A stretch of DNA of 64,000 nucleotides from Antedon mediterranea (lineage: Eukaryota > Animalia > Echinodermata): positions 1,704,201 to 1,768,200 of the forward strand of contig NC_092679.1 of assembly GCF_964355755.1 (NCBI RefSeq), in the 5' to 3' direction. Made by a program: the position numbers and the translations under genes. This document shows positions 1 through 12,669 of the stretch, piece by piece (the stretch's first letter is position 1; the number at the start of each line of letters is the position of its first letter). The notes under the pieces were generated by a model. That model searched no databases. It was not told where the DNA came from and saw only the letters and a program-made list of their open reading frames with translations.

Positions 1-83
1 GGTCTAAACTGGCAAAAGGCTTCGTAAGTCATACACAGTACGACTAGTAGATATGTGTACAACCTTGATGCCTGTACATTCAT
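1..83 (-). CDS. First coding (signal-peptide) exon of SMB-7TM GPCR copy 0; the rest lies left of the window
   Basis: ATG at 83 reads MNVQASRLYTYLLVVLCMTYEAFCQFR, homologous to the signal exons at 6126-6213 and 11343-11430. The flank 93-1330 closely matches ~6222-7440. Confidence 0.8.
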   Translation of the reverse strand, partial: MNVQASRLYTYLLVVLCMTYEAFCQFR

Positions 84-1403
84 GTTTCCAATCTGTAAAG
101 AAAAATGTGTTCTTTGGTATGAGCATGTTCTGTCAAAGGTACAGTAGGTCACTTACCCTTTCCATTTTAATACAAGATTTGCTGGGATTAGGAGTGTTTA
201 CTTTTTATCCATATGAATACCTCGGACTTTTATTGTTTTCTAGAATGAACCAGTTCACGAATTATCGTTATATTGACTGATATTTATTTTATTCATTAAA
301 AAAGGACATTGGCATAGCAATACAATTATGATTCAATTTTCTCTTTTAGTAATACTATATCGTTATGCTATCGTCAGTCTACCATTATTCTGATTTCATC
401 AAATGCAAATTTCGGAATCTGTAGTATTTGTGTCATCATCATTCCGAAGTACTCAATGTAATGTCTAATTATATCCGGGTCATAGAGTTAGTTAATTGTC
501 TGACGTGACGTACGTTACTTTTAGTGGTATTTGTATTAATAAGACTAGGCCTGCAAGCTTAAATTAATTGGTGAAGTAAAAGCCTATTTCAGAATACAAG
601 TGGTATATATAATATTGTTAATATTTTTCATTTGACATTTATACAAGAATGAATTTCACTCGCTATTTCCTGTGATTATACTACTACTGTAGTACTGTAC
701 GATTGTGAACTTCGGTACCGGAAATAACAATACCGTAACAACCCGGGACCGTAACTCAGTACAATACAAAAATACAAGTATTTACAACTCTGTGGTACTT
801 TATAGGTTCACGGTAATACTGACTAAAAGCAACAAAAGGCAATTAATAAATAAGTTTATAGAATTACATACGAAATAAAGACCCTTCTACAGAATATCAC
901 ACCACATTCAAAACAATTATTATACACCGGGCCAAGATAAAATAGATTCACCTTTTTTGGGCCCACCGCTGTCTCTGTTATATCTCTTAACAGAGATGGT
1001 ACGAGTAGGCTACATCTGTTGATGCTAAATGTAAAATAAAGTGTATAATGTTGTGTGTACTTACCTTTATATTAATATATGTACTGTATGACTGATAGTT
1101 ATTTTCTTTACTGGTGATCTGTTGGTGACGAACCGTATTAAATACAACAGTTTGTTGTATGAGTAGATACAGGATGTATTCACGGGCCCATATCTGACTA
1201 AACTGACCTTGCTCGTTATTTCTTAATCCGGCCTTTGTATACACGCCTTCGCAGGATACACCTTTTGTGTTACGATACTCTCGGCCAAAATTGATGGGGC
1301 TAGGATGAATTAACAAACAAATTACGATAGTAGACTTTAAAACTTTATTACACTACTTCGTTACAATCGTATATAAAATTTAATAATATACTAATAATAC
1401 TGT

Positions 1404-1460
1404 AATAATAATAATAATAATGATAATAACACTACTAATAACAATAATAATAATAATTAA
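1404..1460. repeat. (TAA)n microsatellite, paralogous to the one at 7513-7540
   Basis: Direct inspection. Confidence 0.8.
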
Positions 1461-1653
1461 TATAGGCTGATAAAACGAACGAAGGTTTCTTAAGTACTTA
1501 GATATTATTACAGTACTCGGTATATTACTTAGAGCCTACTAATCGTCTAATCTAATGTGTTCTAGGTTGGAACAGAGATCCATTGCCTCTGCGATGGAGA
1601 ATTTGGACAGTCGCGTAAAACGAAGTTGGTCCATAATACCAGTTGAAAAATCA

Positions 1654-4600
1654 TTATAAACGCGTTGAATCCAGTGGTTCAGATTCATTCTGACGCGTTA
1701 TATTTGTACCAGAAGGTTTTTCGTTCGTTTGTAAGAGAGTTTCTGTCGTTTTTGGTTGCGAAGAAGACGTTTGCTTTTCTCTACGTGCTTTCATTAAATT
1801 CTTCATTGAATAGTTAATATTGAATGCTATAAAGATAAACAAGCCTTGAAGAGAGTTTAGAATGGTAAAGATATACCAGAATATCACGTGATCAACGAAT
1901 GACGCAACATAACCAAATATCCATGTTAATCCCATGACGGTTGAAATCTGTAACAAAAAAACGAGGTTAATATCATATGGTTTAGAATTCATAATTAGTG
2001 GTTACGTCATCAATAGAGTGTGATAATTTATAATTTTAGGTTTAATTCAAAACATATTTTGCTTGAAACTTTAAGATCATTAAATACGATATTAACATAC
2101 CCGTATGTATATAATCATTTCCTCAGTTTGTTGATCTTGACCTGATTTTCCACTTCGAACTGCTGCAGTCGATTTCATTGACTTTCTGAGTCCTTTGATT
2201 GTAGCCACAAATAGTATAAGATTAGGGACCAGAATAACAGCCAGTGGAATTCCAAAGACATACAATGATGCAAGTTCATCTCGAATCCAACAAACATTAT
2301 CATCACCATACCTGACGTCCAAACTGGTACATTCACACAGACTTATACCTACGATGATAGGGACGTAGATGGCAGGCAAACCCCAGCTATAAATGAAGTA
2401 TTTTATGAAAGATTTTCTCTGTGATTTGCTACTTCTAGAAGATCTCGATGAACTTCGGACCGTTCGAAAAGTTTGGAAAATTTCAAAGGCCATCGAATTC
2501 ATCCAAAGGAAACAGACTAACCACATATAGTGCAAGACAGCTGACATTACTTCACAGAATGTTGGCCATTGAGTAAAATTGCCTTGGATTAGTGTCAGAA
2601 GCAATGCAATAAATAAGGATATTGAAATGTTTAAAATTATCTTTCCTGAAAGTGTTCTTAATTCAGCAATGAAAACACGAAGAAGGATCGTAATAAGAAG
2701 ACTAATAAGTGAGATAATTGTACCGACCACACTGATTATCAATAAAGCACCAGAATAATGGAAGAACTCGGTGTTTTCTTCTGTCCCTCCAGTTTGATTT
2801 AAGAAAGAACAAACTAGTAAACTCGAATTGGATGTGTTTGTGAACATGTACTGATGCTCTTGAAATACGTCGCCAGTTGTTTTGTAAATGAGAGTTGCAT
2901 TAACTTGTTCTTCAAAAGCTTCTATCGATAACTGAATCTGTGGACATACATTACAAGTGGATACCGACAGAATACTACAAACGGACGACTCATTTCCAAG
3001 TTCATGAACGATTTCTAAAACATACTGCTCGTCAGGAATTTGTAAAGATGAATTATCAACATGGATATTCTTTGTAACATTGTCATATTCCAATGCTTCA
3101 TTTGCTGTCAATACAATGCTGTCTTGTTCACATAGCAGCGCATTTGGAATTGCTTTTGTTGAACAGTTTTGTCGAAAAGTGACGACATTTAAATGTGCAT
3201 CAGTGTTATTATTTATCGCTCTTACGACCAATTCCGATATGTCATAGACTAACTGACAATTCATCTGTTCAATTGATATAATTATAATGGTTTTGTTAAA
3301 GGCATTTGAAGATTGGTTAGTGTATTCGATGTCAAATGTTGTCAAAGAGTTTGTAAATTCGACAACTGTTGCAAAATTATCAACTTCAAAATCGTATTCA
3401 TACTCAATTTGTAGAGACTGCTGCTGTAGCTTGCATTCACAAAAGACTTCACTCGATATATGGAGGGCGTTTTTGCTACAGCCGGTTTCAGTGGAAATGA
3501 CGACACATTTGCTACCTTCGAGTGTGAATCCATCTTTACATGTTAGTTGAAGACATTGATTAGTAAATGGATCAAAAACTTCACCAGTAGAACAACTGAC
3601 TCCCCCATTAGTGTAAGATCCGTATTTCGAACTAACAGAGATACTACTTTGATCAGAAAAATCCACTATTACTGTCAGTGACGTGAAACCATCAGGAAAA
3701 ATTGAAGAAGTAACAAAAACGTCACAATTGTAAGATGGCTTATCGTTACAAATTGCGCAATGTGGATTCCTGTAAACAGGCCCATTAACGTACACTATAG
3801 CTTTGTAGTTGGTCAAACATGCTTCAATAACACTTTCATTCATGTAACTACCGCTACATTGTGACACTGCTGTCGCCAAACATGGACGCCGTGTATCTTG
3901 TTTTCCCGATGGTGGTCTAAAACTCATAGAAGGACAATATGTACCATCATTGATTTGTTCGTGTATATTTGGTTGAGGAGCTTCGGTTGTGGTAGGAGGA
4001 AGTGTAGTAAGGGGTGGTAGGGTAGGTAGGGACGGGTCAGGAACAGGTACAGGGACAGGGATAGGTTGAGGAGCGATAGGCCCAGCGGGATCTTCACCAA
4101 ACTCGACTCTAACATCGTCGGCACTACAGATAAACGTTACCTTCCAGGCTGTCACGTCCGTTATTAACACATTATTACACAAGGCGCAATACACATTCTT
4201 GTAAATGTTATTCTCTGTGTCCGATACAATAATTGCTAAAAGAACATCGCCAGAACCAGGGTTTTCACATTTCTGTATCGTGTCTGTATCAACTGTACTA
4301 TCATCTCTACAAAATGCTATAATATAATATCCATCAAAGAAGCTATCATCTCCGTCAAAACATTCCAATTGGCTGGACATCAATACAACTGAAGGATTAG
4401 GTTCAGAAGTACAAGCAGACCAGTAATCATAGCAACAGTCACCGTAATATTTACACTCAGTGTCACATCCACATTGCCTAGCCTCAGAAGGGCTACTTCC
4501 GCATCTATCTTGGCAAAGGTGATTATTTGAACAAACACCAACATCAGTTCCATATATAGTGAATGTTTCTAATGAATAAAAAGAACAAACGTAATTTATT

Positions 4601-6213
4601 ATTGATGAATGGAATTATCTATATTTACAATAGCAATCCCGCATCAGCATTTAGAATGATTTCCAAATGTACATTTTTTAATACTTTGTATTACTGAATT
4701 ACAATTTCAATTTACATTTTTTTTTTCACAATTTACAATTTTACAACATCACCCAACAGTACACCAAAAAAGAAGCGAGTGCTTGTCAGTTTGGGGACTA
4801 TTATTTAAATGCATCTACATATACATACAACATAAAACAACAACTAGAATTTAATTCGTCACTTTGACGAATTATAGGTGATCATTTTTATAATTTTATT
4901 GACATTAATATTTTTTAAACATGCACGTAGGTTAATATACGATCGGAAAATGTTGGTGTATTCCATCATATTATACGCTATAGTGCCGAGTTGTGCACTA
5001 TATGCCATACATTATGTACAGTATACCGTACTGTATTTCTATATACACGTGTAGCATAGGTGAAATTACGGACACACATTATGTTCTAATTTTTTGGTAT
5101 GATGACATTATCAAAATAAAATTGTGAATAACATTATCGAAAGATAATGAGTTGAACAAATAAAGATAAGACTTAGAAGAAAATTTGGCTCGTAGAATGG
5201 CGGTGCGCGCTCTTTGAAATTTGTATAACTTTGACTAAAGAAATGAAAAAATTACTTTTTAACTTCAACTGGCCATATCATAACGTCACAACATCTGATA
5301 AGCTTAATTTTTATATAAATTCATATCTACATTTCATCAGCTTTCATAATAAATTATAATCACCAAGGTCAACTTTAATTGTGCGATATTCAAATATACG
5401 CTGCAGGTGGAATTACACGACCTACGTTATTCAAGTTTTAGGCGTGATGACGTCATCAAAATGAAAATGGTGTCAACTCATCATAAAGATAATTAATTTA
5501 GCAAGCACATACTAAAATTTGAGCGAAATTCGGGATCAAATAACGGAGATGCGCTCTATTGAATGTGATAACCTAAAATAAAAAGATAAAAAATCCTAAT
5601 TTTTAAATTGAAGTGGCCATTTGATGACGTCACGTCTTTTTGTACGTCAAAATGTGTACATGAATTCATATCTACAACTCAACGGCTTTCAAAATTAGTT
5701 AACAAAATTGGGGGTCACCGTGATGATTTTATTCTAAATGATCACCTAATTATTTTAAAAAAAAGTAAAAAACATTGGTCGCCCAAGACCGGTCAGCACC
5801 TCCGGTCAGCACCTCTGGTGAGGCTCCCCTGTGGGGATACGGGAAAATTTTACCTTTATCTTAATAGTGACTACCACAGGTGAGGTATAAAAAGACAAAC
5901 AAGGCCAACAGCCATATGTCGCGTGCTAAAATGCATAGTGATACCGGACCGACCGACCGACCGACCGACAGACCACCATAGTGAACTAAAAAACAGGATG
6001 AACCCTGTTTGTCCCCCGGAAGCACTATGCCGATCGTGAGATGTCGATAGATATCGGGTGTTTATCTCTTATCTTACGCCAGCTGGAAAAACAGCTAGCT
6101 AATGTATTTTGGTAATTTGACTTACCGTCTGGTGGAAACTGGCAAACGACTTCATAAGTCATACAAAGTACGGCTAGATATGTGTACAACTTCGATGCCT
6201 GTACATTCATCAT
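1654..6213 (-). CDS. Somatomedin-B-domain family-B (7tm_2, Methuselah/adhesion-like) GPCR, copy 1, ~949 aa; exons 6213-6126, 4568-2101, 1947-1654
   Basis: Signal peptide; SMB-type motif CGCDTECKYYGDCCYDYW; Cys-rich repeats YKNVYCALCN and YRNPHCAICN; 7TM with family-B motifs (LHYMWLVCFLWM, SWGLP, CWI, MGLTWIFG, LNSLQGLFIFI). GT-AG junctions in phases 1 and 0 give an open frame ending STRL*. Confidence 0.9.
4843..5992. mobile_element. Putative non-autonomous Helentron/DINE-1-like insertion in intron 1 of GPCR copy 1
   Basis: Starts ACTAGAATT followed by the hairpin AATTCGTCA-CTT-TGACGAATT, has a (GACC)n microsatellite at ~5947-5975 and ends ACTAAAAA. Absent from the 331-nt equivalent intron of copy 2. 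A fragment of the same end occurs at ~27500. Confidence 0.5.
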
Positions 6214-7986
6214 GTTTCCAATCTGTAAAGAAAAATGTGTTCTTTGGTATGAGCATGTTCTGTCAAACGTTCAATAGGTCACTTACCCTTTCCATTTTAA
6301 TACAAGATTTGCTGGGATTTGGAGTGTTTACTTTTTATCCCTATGAATACCTCTGAATTTTATTGTTTTCTAGAATGAACCAGTTCAAAAGGAATTATCT
6401 TTATATTGACTGATATTTATCGTTATATTGACTGATATTTATTCATTAAAAAGGGACATTGGCATAGCAATACAATTATGATTTAATTTTCTCTTTTAGT
6501 AATACTATATCGTTGTGCTATCGTCAGTCTACCATTATTCTGATTCATCAAATGCAAATTTCGGAATCTGTAGTATTTGTGTCATCATCAATACGAAGTA
6601 CTCAATGTAATGTCTTGTATCCGGGTCATAGAGTTAGTTAATTGTCTGACGTGACGTACGGTACTTAGTGGTATTTGTATTAATAAGGCAAGGCCTGCAA
6701 GCTTAAACACATTTTTTCATTTGGTTTTTATACAAGAGTGAATCTCACATTAGACTTAGAGTAAACTCCATGATTTCACTCACTATTTCCTGTGATACTA
6801 CTACTGACTATACTGTATTACGATTGTGGAAATATTCCTGATACCGGAAATAACAATAGGCCTACACAGTAACTGTACAATACAAAAATACAAGCATTTA
6901 CAACCCCATGGTCATTGAAAGTTTCACGGTAATACTGTACTGTATAACAAAAGGCAATTAAACAAGTTTATAGAATTACAGACGAAAAAGACCCTTCTAC
7001 AGAATATCACACCACATCCAAAATAATTATTATATACGGCCAAGATAGATTCACCTTTTTTGGGACCAGCGCTGTCTCTGTTATATCTCTTAACAGAGAT
7101 GGTACGAGTTGAGTAGGCTACATCTGTTGATGCTAAATGTAAAATAAAGTGTATAATGTTGTGTGTACTTACCTTTATATTAATATATGTACTGTATGAC
7201 TGATAGTTATTTCTTTACTGGTGATCTGTTGGTGACGAACCGTATTGTGTTGTATGAGTAGATACAGGATGTATTCACGGGCCCATATCTTGTCTGCACT
7301 AAACTGACCTTGCTCGTTATTTCTTAATCCGGCTTTTGTATACCGCCTTCGCAGGATATTATTACACCTTCTGGGTTACGATACTCTCGGCCAAAATTGA
7401 TGGGGCTAGGATGAATTAACAAACAAATTACGATAGTAGACTTTAAAACTTTATTACACTACGGTACTCCGTTAAATGATCTTATATAAAAATTAAAAAT
7501 ATGATAATACTGTAATAATAATAATAATAATAATAATAATATAGGCTGATATGAAGAAGAACACAAATAGTTATTATTAAAACTTATCTTAATGTTGTGC
7601 TTGTAGTGGTAATATATTTGTTGCACAAGGAAGCTAATTGTTCTTTTTTCTTCCATTGTGCGTATATAGTTTAACTTGCCTACACATACACACAACAAAT
7701 TAACAAAATGCAATAAATAAATCATACAATATATACAATGTTTCAATTTTAAGAAAAAAAAGGACAATGAATTTTTTTTTCTTACGTAGTTTATTCATGG
7801 AGGTATAGTGTTATACCTCCATGCTTTATTAAGGTTTAATCTAATTTTAAAATTATAGAGAGTTGCAATCATATAGACTTTAGTAAGTAGGCCTACAGGT
7901 TTCTTGAGTACTTCGGTGAATATGTGCGCTTAACAAATATTATTATTACAGTACTCGGTATATAAATATATATTACTTAGAGCCTA

Positions 7987-10900
7987 CTAATCGTCTAATC
8001 TAATGTGTTCTAGGTTGGAACAGAGATCCATTGCCTCTGCGATGGAGAGTTTGGACAGTCGCGTAAAACGAAGTTGGTCCATAATACCAGTTGAAAAATC
8101 ATTATAAACGCGTTGAATCCAGTGGTTCAGATTCATTCTGACGCGTTGTATTTGTATCAGCAGGTTTTTTGTTCGTTTGTAATAAAGTTTCTGTCGTTTT
8201 TGGTTGCGAAGAAGACGTTTGCTTTTCTCTACGTGCTTTATTAAATTATTCATTGAATAGTTAATATTGAAAGCTATGAAGATAAACAAGCCTTGAAGAG
8301 AGTTTAGAATGGTAAAGATATACCAGAATATCACGTGATCAACGAATGACGCAACATAACCAAATATCCATGTTAATCCCATGACGGTTGAAATCTGCAA
8401 AAAAACAAATACGAGGTTAATATAACCTGTTTTTGTTGTCATATTTTAGTATTCATAATTAGTGGGTCAATTTATAATGTTAGGTTTAATTCAAACATAT
8501 TTTGCTTGAAACTTTAAGGTCATTAAATAAGATATTAACATACCCGTATGTATATAATCATTTCCCCAGTTTGTTGATCCTGATCTGATTTTCCACTTCG
8601 AACTGCTGCAGTCGATTTCATTGACTTTCTGAGTCCTTTGATTGTGGCCACAAATAGTATAAGATTAGGTACCAGAATAACAGCCAGTGGAATTCCAAAT
8701 ACATACAATGATGCAAGTTCATCTCGAATCCAACAAACATTATCATCACCATACATGACGTCCAAACTGGTACATTCACACAGACTTATACCTACGATGA
8801 TAGCGACGTAGATGGCTGGCAAACCCCAGCTATAAATGAAGTATTTTATGAAAGATTTTCTCTGTGATTTGCTACTTCTAGAAGATCTTGATGAACTTCG
8901 GACTGTTCGAAACGTTTGGAAAAGTTCAATAGCCATCGAATTCATCCAACAAAAACAGACTAACCACATATAATGCAAGAACACCGACATTACTTCACAG
9001 AATGTTGGCCATTGAGTAAAATTACCTTGAATTAGTGTCAGAAGCAGTGCAATAAATAAGGATATTGAAACGTTTAAGATTATCTTCCCTGAAAGTGTTC
9101 TTAATTCAGCAATGAAAACACGAAGAAGGATCGTAATAAGAAGACTAATAAGTGAGATAATTGTACCGACCACACTGATTATCAATAAAGCACCAGAATA
9201 ATGGAAGAACTCGGTGTTTTCTTCTGTCTCTCCATTTTGATTTAAGAAAGAACAAACTAGTAAACTCGAGTTGGATGTGTTTGTGAACATGTACTGATGC
9301 TTTTGAAATACGTCGCCAGTTGTTTTGTAAACAAGAGTTCCATTAACTTGTTCTTCAAAAGCTTCTATCGATAACTGAATCTGTGGACATACATTGCAAG
9401 TGGATACCGACAGAATACTACAAACGGACGACTCATTTCCAAGTTCATGAACGATTTCTAAAACATACTGCTCGTCAGGAATTTGTAAAGATGAATTATC
9501 AACATGGATCTTCTTTGTAACATTGTCATATTCCAATGTTTCATTTGCTGTCAATAAAAATCTGTCTTGTTCACAAAGCAGCTCATTTGGAATTGCTTTT
9601 GTTGAGCAGTTTTGTCGAAAGGTGACGACATTTAATTGTGCATCAGTGTTATTATTTATCCCTCTAACGACTAATTCCGATATGTCATAGACTAACTGAC
9701 AATTCATCTGTTCAATTGATATAATTATAATGGTTTTGTTAAAGGCATTTGAAGATTGGTTAGTGTATTCGATGTCAAATGTTGTCAAAGAGTTTGTAAA
9801 TTCGACAACTGTTGTAAAATTATCAACTTCAAAATCGTATTCATACTCAATTTGTAGAGACTGCTGCTGTAGCTTGCATTCACAAAAGATTTCACTCGTT
9901 ATATGGATGGCGTTTTTTATACAACCGGTTTCAATGGAAATGACGACACATGTGCTGCCTTCGAGTGTGAATCCATCTTTACATGTTAGTTGAAGACATT
10001 GATTAGTGAATGGATCAAAAACTTCGCCAGTAGAACAACTGACTCCCCCATTGGTGTACGATCCGTATTCCGAACTAACAGAGATACTACTCTGATCAGA
10101 AAAATCAACTATTACTGTCAGTGACGTGAAACCAACACGACTTGGAGAAGTAACAAAAACGTCACAATTGTAAGATGGCTCATCGTTACAAATTGCACAA
10201 TGTGGATTCCTGTAAACAGTGCCGCCGTACACTATGGCTTTGTAGTTGGTCAAACATGCTTCAATAACACTTTCATTCATGTAACTAGCGCTACATTGCG
10301 ACACTGCTGTCGCCAAACATGGACGCCGTGTATCTTGTTTTCCCGATGGTGGTCTAAAACTCATAAAAGGACAATATGTACCATCGTTAATTTGTTCGTG
10401 TATATTTGGTGGAGGAGCTTCGGTTGTAATAGGAGGAAGTGTTGTAAGGGGTGGTAGGGTGGGTAGTGAAGGATCAGGAGCAGGGACAGGTCCTGGTACA
10501 GGCCCCGGGGCGACGGGCCCAGTAGGATCCTCGCCAAACTCAACCCTCACTTCGTCGTCACTACAGAGATAGCTAACCTCCCATGCTATTACGTCCGTTA
10601 TCGACACACCATTACATAGAGCGCAATACACGTTCTTATAAATGTTATTCTCTTTGTCTGATACAATAATTGCTAAAAAAACATCGCCAGAACCAGGATT
10701 TTCACATTTCTGTATCGTGTCTGTATCAACTGTACTATCGTCTTTACAAAATGCTATAATATAATATCCATCCGAGAAGCTATCATCTCCTTCAAAACAT
10801 TCCAATTGGTTGGACATCGATACAATTGAAGGATTAGGTTCAGAAGTACAAGCAGACCAGTAATCATAGCAACAGTCACCGTAATATTCACACTCAGTGT

Positions 10901-11430
10901 CGCATCTACATTCTCTGGCCTCTGAAGGACTACTTCCGCATTTGTCCTCTTCTTGGCAAAGATGAGTGTTTGAACAAACATCAACATCAGTTCCATAAAT
11001 AGTGAGTGTTTCTAAACAAGAAAAATTGAACTTAACTATATTAGTGGTCATTGATACTAAAGAAATGACACATAGTTGACGCGCACGCACTATTAGCCAT
11101 CAAATTATTGTTATTTTGAACGCGCGGTGATGTTGGCAACAAGGAAACCAAAATTGTTTTGTTTTCTGTGTGGACCATGCTCCATAGTCCTGATATTGAA
11201 CTACATTTTAAGCACTTACAACTTTGACTGAAGAGGTTTACAAGAAGGCGTAAGTGCGTTGATTTGTACCTGTATTATTGTGTCCGTGGTTTTTTAAAAA
11301 CTTTTTTTAAAGATCACCGGAAATACTTAAGACCTAACTTACTGTCTGGTTGAGTGAACTGACAAAACACTTTATAAGTCATACAAAGTACGACTAAGCA
11401 TAGGTACAACTTCGACGCCTGTACATTCAT
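7987..11430 (-). CDS. SMB-7TM GPCR copy 2 (~987 aa as assembled, frameshifted C-terminal tail); exons 11430-11343, 11011-8544, 8394-7987
   Basis: Same exon structure and exon-2 length (2468 nt) as copy 1, with a near-identical 7TM. A 1-bp deletion at 8239/8240 shifts the tail after TM7/helix 8; the ancestral stop is at 8102-8104. Confidence 0.85.
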
Positions 11431-11974
11431 GTTTCCAATCTGAAAAATAATATATAAATATGAGGACAAGCATGCATTGCCTTTGCTAAAACTAAATGGT
11501 GACATATCAAAAGCATAGCAGCAGTTTCGTGTATTTTAATCTAATAAGGCAAGACTTAATAGTCAAGTCAAATCCAACTATTGATGATATAATAGCGTGA
11601 ACCGGACCCGGATTTACTTTTTTCTATATAAAACGTTAAGTGAACGTCATATATGATGATGTAGTCTAATACCAGAAATAATAAAGTAAGTGTTAGTGTT
11701 AACCCGACAATACTAAAAGCAAACGTAACTGTACTAATATCAAGATGGGAGCTAGGCCTAATTATCAAAGAAGATTATATCATGGAGCTATGTAATTGTA
11801 TAGCTCCCTGATTGTAGAATTACATAAAGCACGACCTTATGCCACCGCAAAATACAATTATCAACCAGTCCCAAATTGGCCTACTACTGTATTAAGGACT
11901 AACCTAATTCGCTGGGCCTAGCTTACTAACTTGAGACAGAGCCTACCGAGTAGAACTTGTAGCCGTCCTCGGTT

Positions 11975-11996
11975 GGGGGGGGGGGGGGGGGGGGGG
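11975..11996 (+). repeat. G22 homopolymer upstream of GPCR copy 2
   Basis: Direct inspection. Confidence 0.8.
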
Positions 11997-12669
11997 TCAG
12001 GCCATCATTGACTGGCTTTAGCGGGGCTTTAGCATTTCCTTTGCGTGAGAGAGACCACCAATGTGCATCATTTATATAAATTAAGTGTATATGTTGTGTG
12101 TACTTACCCCTTAAATATTAATATGTATGCAATGCAAGTTGTTTTCACACGGATCTTCTCATGGTCGACAGACCGTTTTAAAAACAACAGTTTGTACTTC
12201 AGTAGATACAGGCATGGCATGATACAGGATATTGTTTTCTCCCATTTCTTGTATTGTAAACTAACCTTGCCCATTGTATTTCTTAATCCGGTCTTTTGTA
12301 TCATCGTCACAGTCTATTACACCTTTTTGTGTGACGAAACATTCCATATCACCAAATTGTGGTTTGAAACAAATTTATTTAGGATGGTGAACAAACGTGC
12401 ATTGAGTGCGCCCCGTGTTTAGCTATTCTTCTGTAACTTAACTTAAGTCTCTGGTAGAATCTGGAAAATCAGCGGTGTAGGGTAATGAGAGTCACAGAGT
12501 CGGCAAATATACGAGATTACGAGAAAAATACGAGATTAATAATATATTTAACGAAACTTTATTACACTCCAGTTCAAATTGTGTATTAATAATAAAAGGC
12601 TACAAAAGTAAAACAATTATTATTATTTTAATGTTAATGGTATAATTCGATACTCAAAAGCTTCCTCAA

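Noticed and set aside
987-1316. 109-aa ORF in the duplicated GPCR flank
   Set aside because: Paralogous flanks at ~7090-7420 and ~12060-12400 have frame-breaking indels; no recognisable domain.
2760-2830. GPS/GAIN autoproteolysis site implying a canonical adhesion GPCR
   Set aside because: No C-x-C-x-H-L-T/S motif before TM1 (sequence is SLLVCSFLNQTGGTEENTEFFHYS).
3287-3550. Conserved antisense ORF (also 9730-9993)
   Set aside because: Shadow of the duplicated GPCR exon; its conservation is explained by the sense gene.
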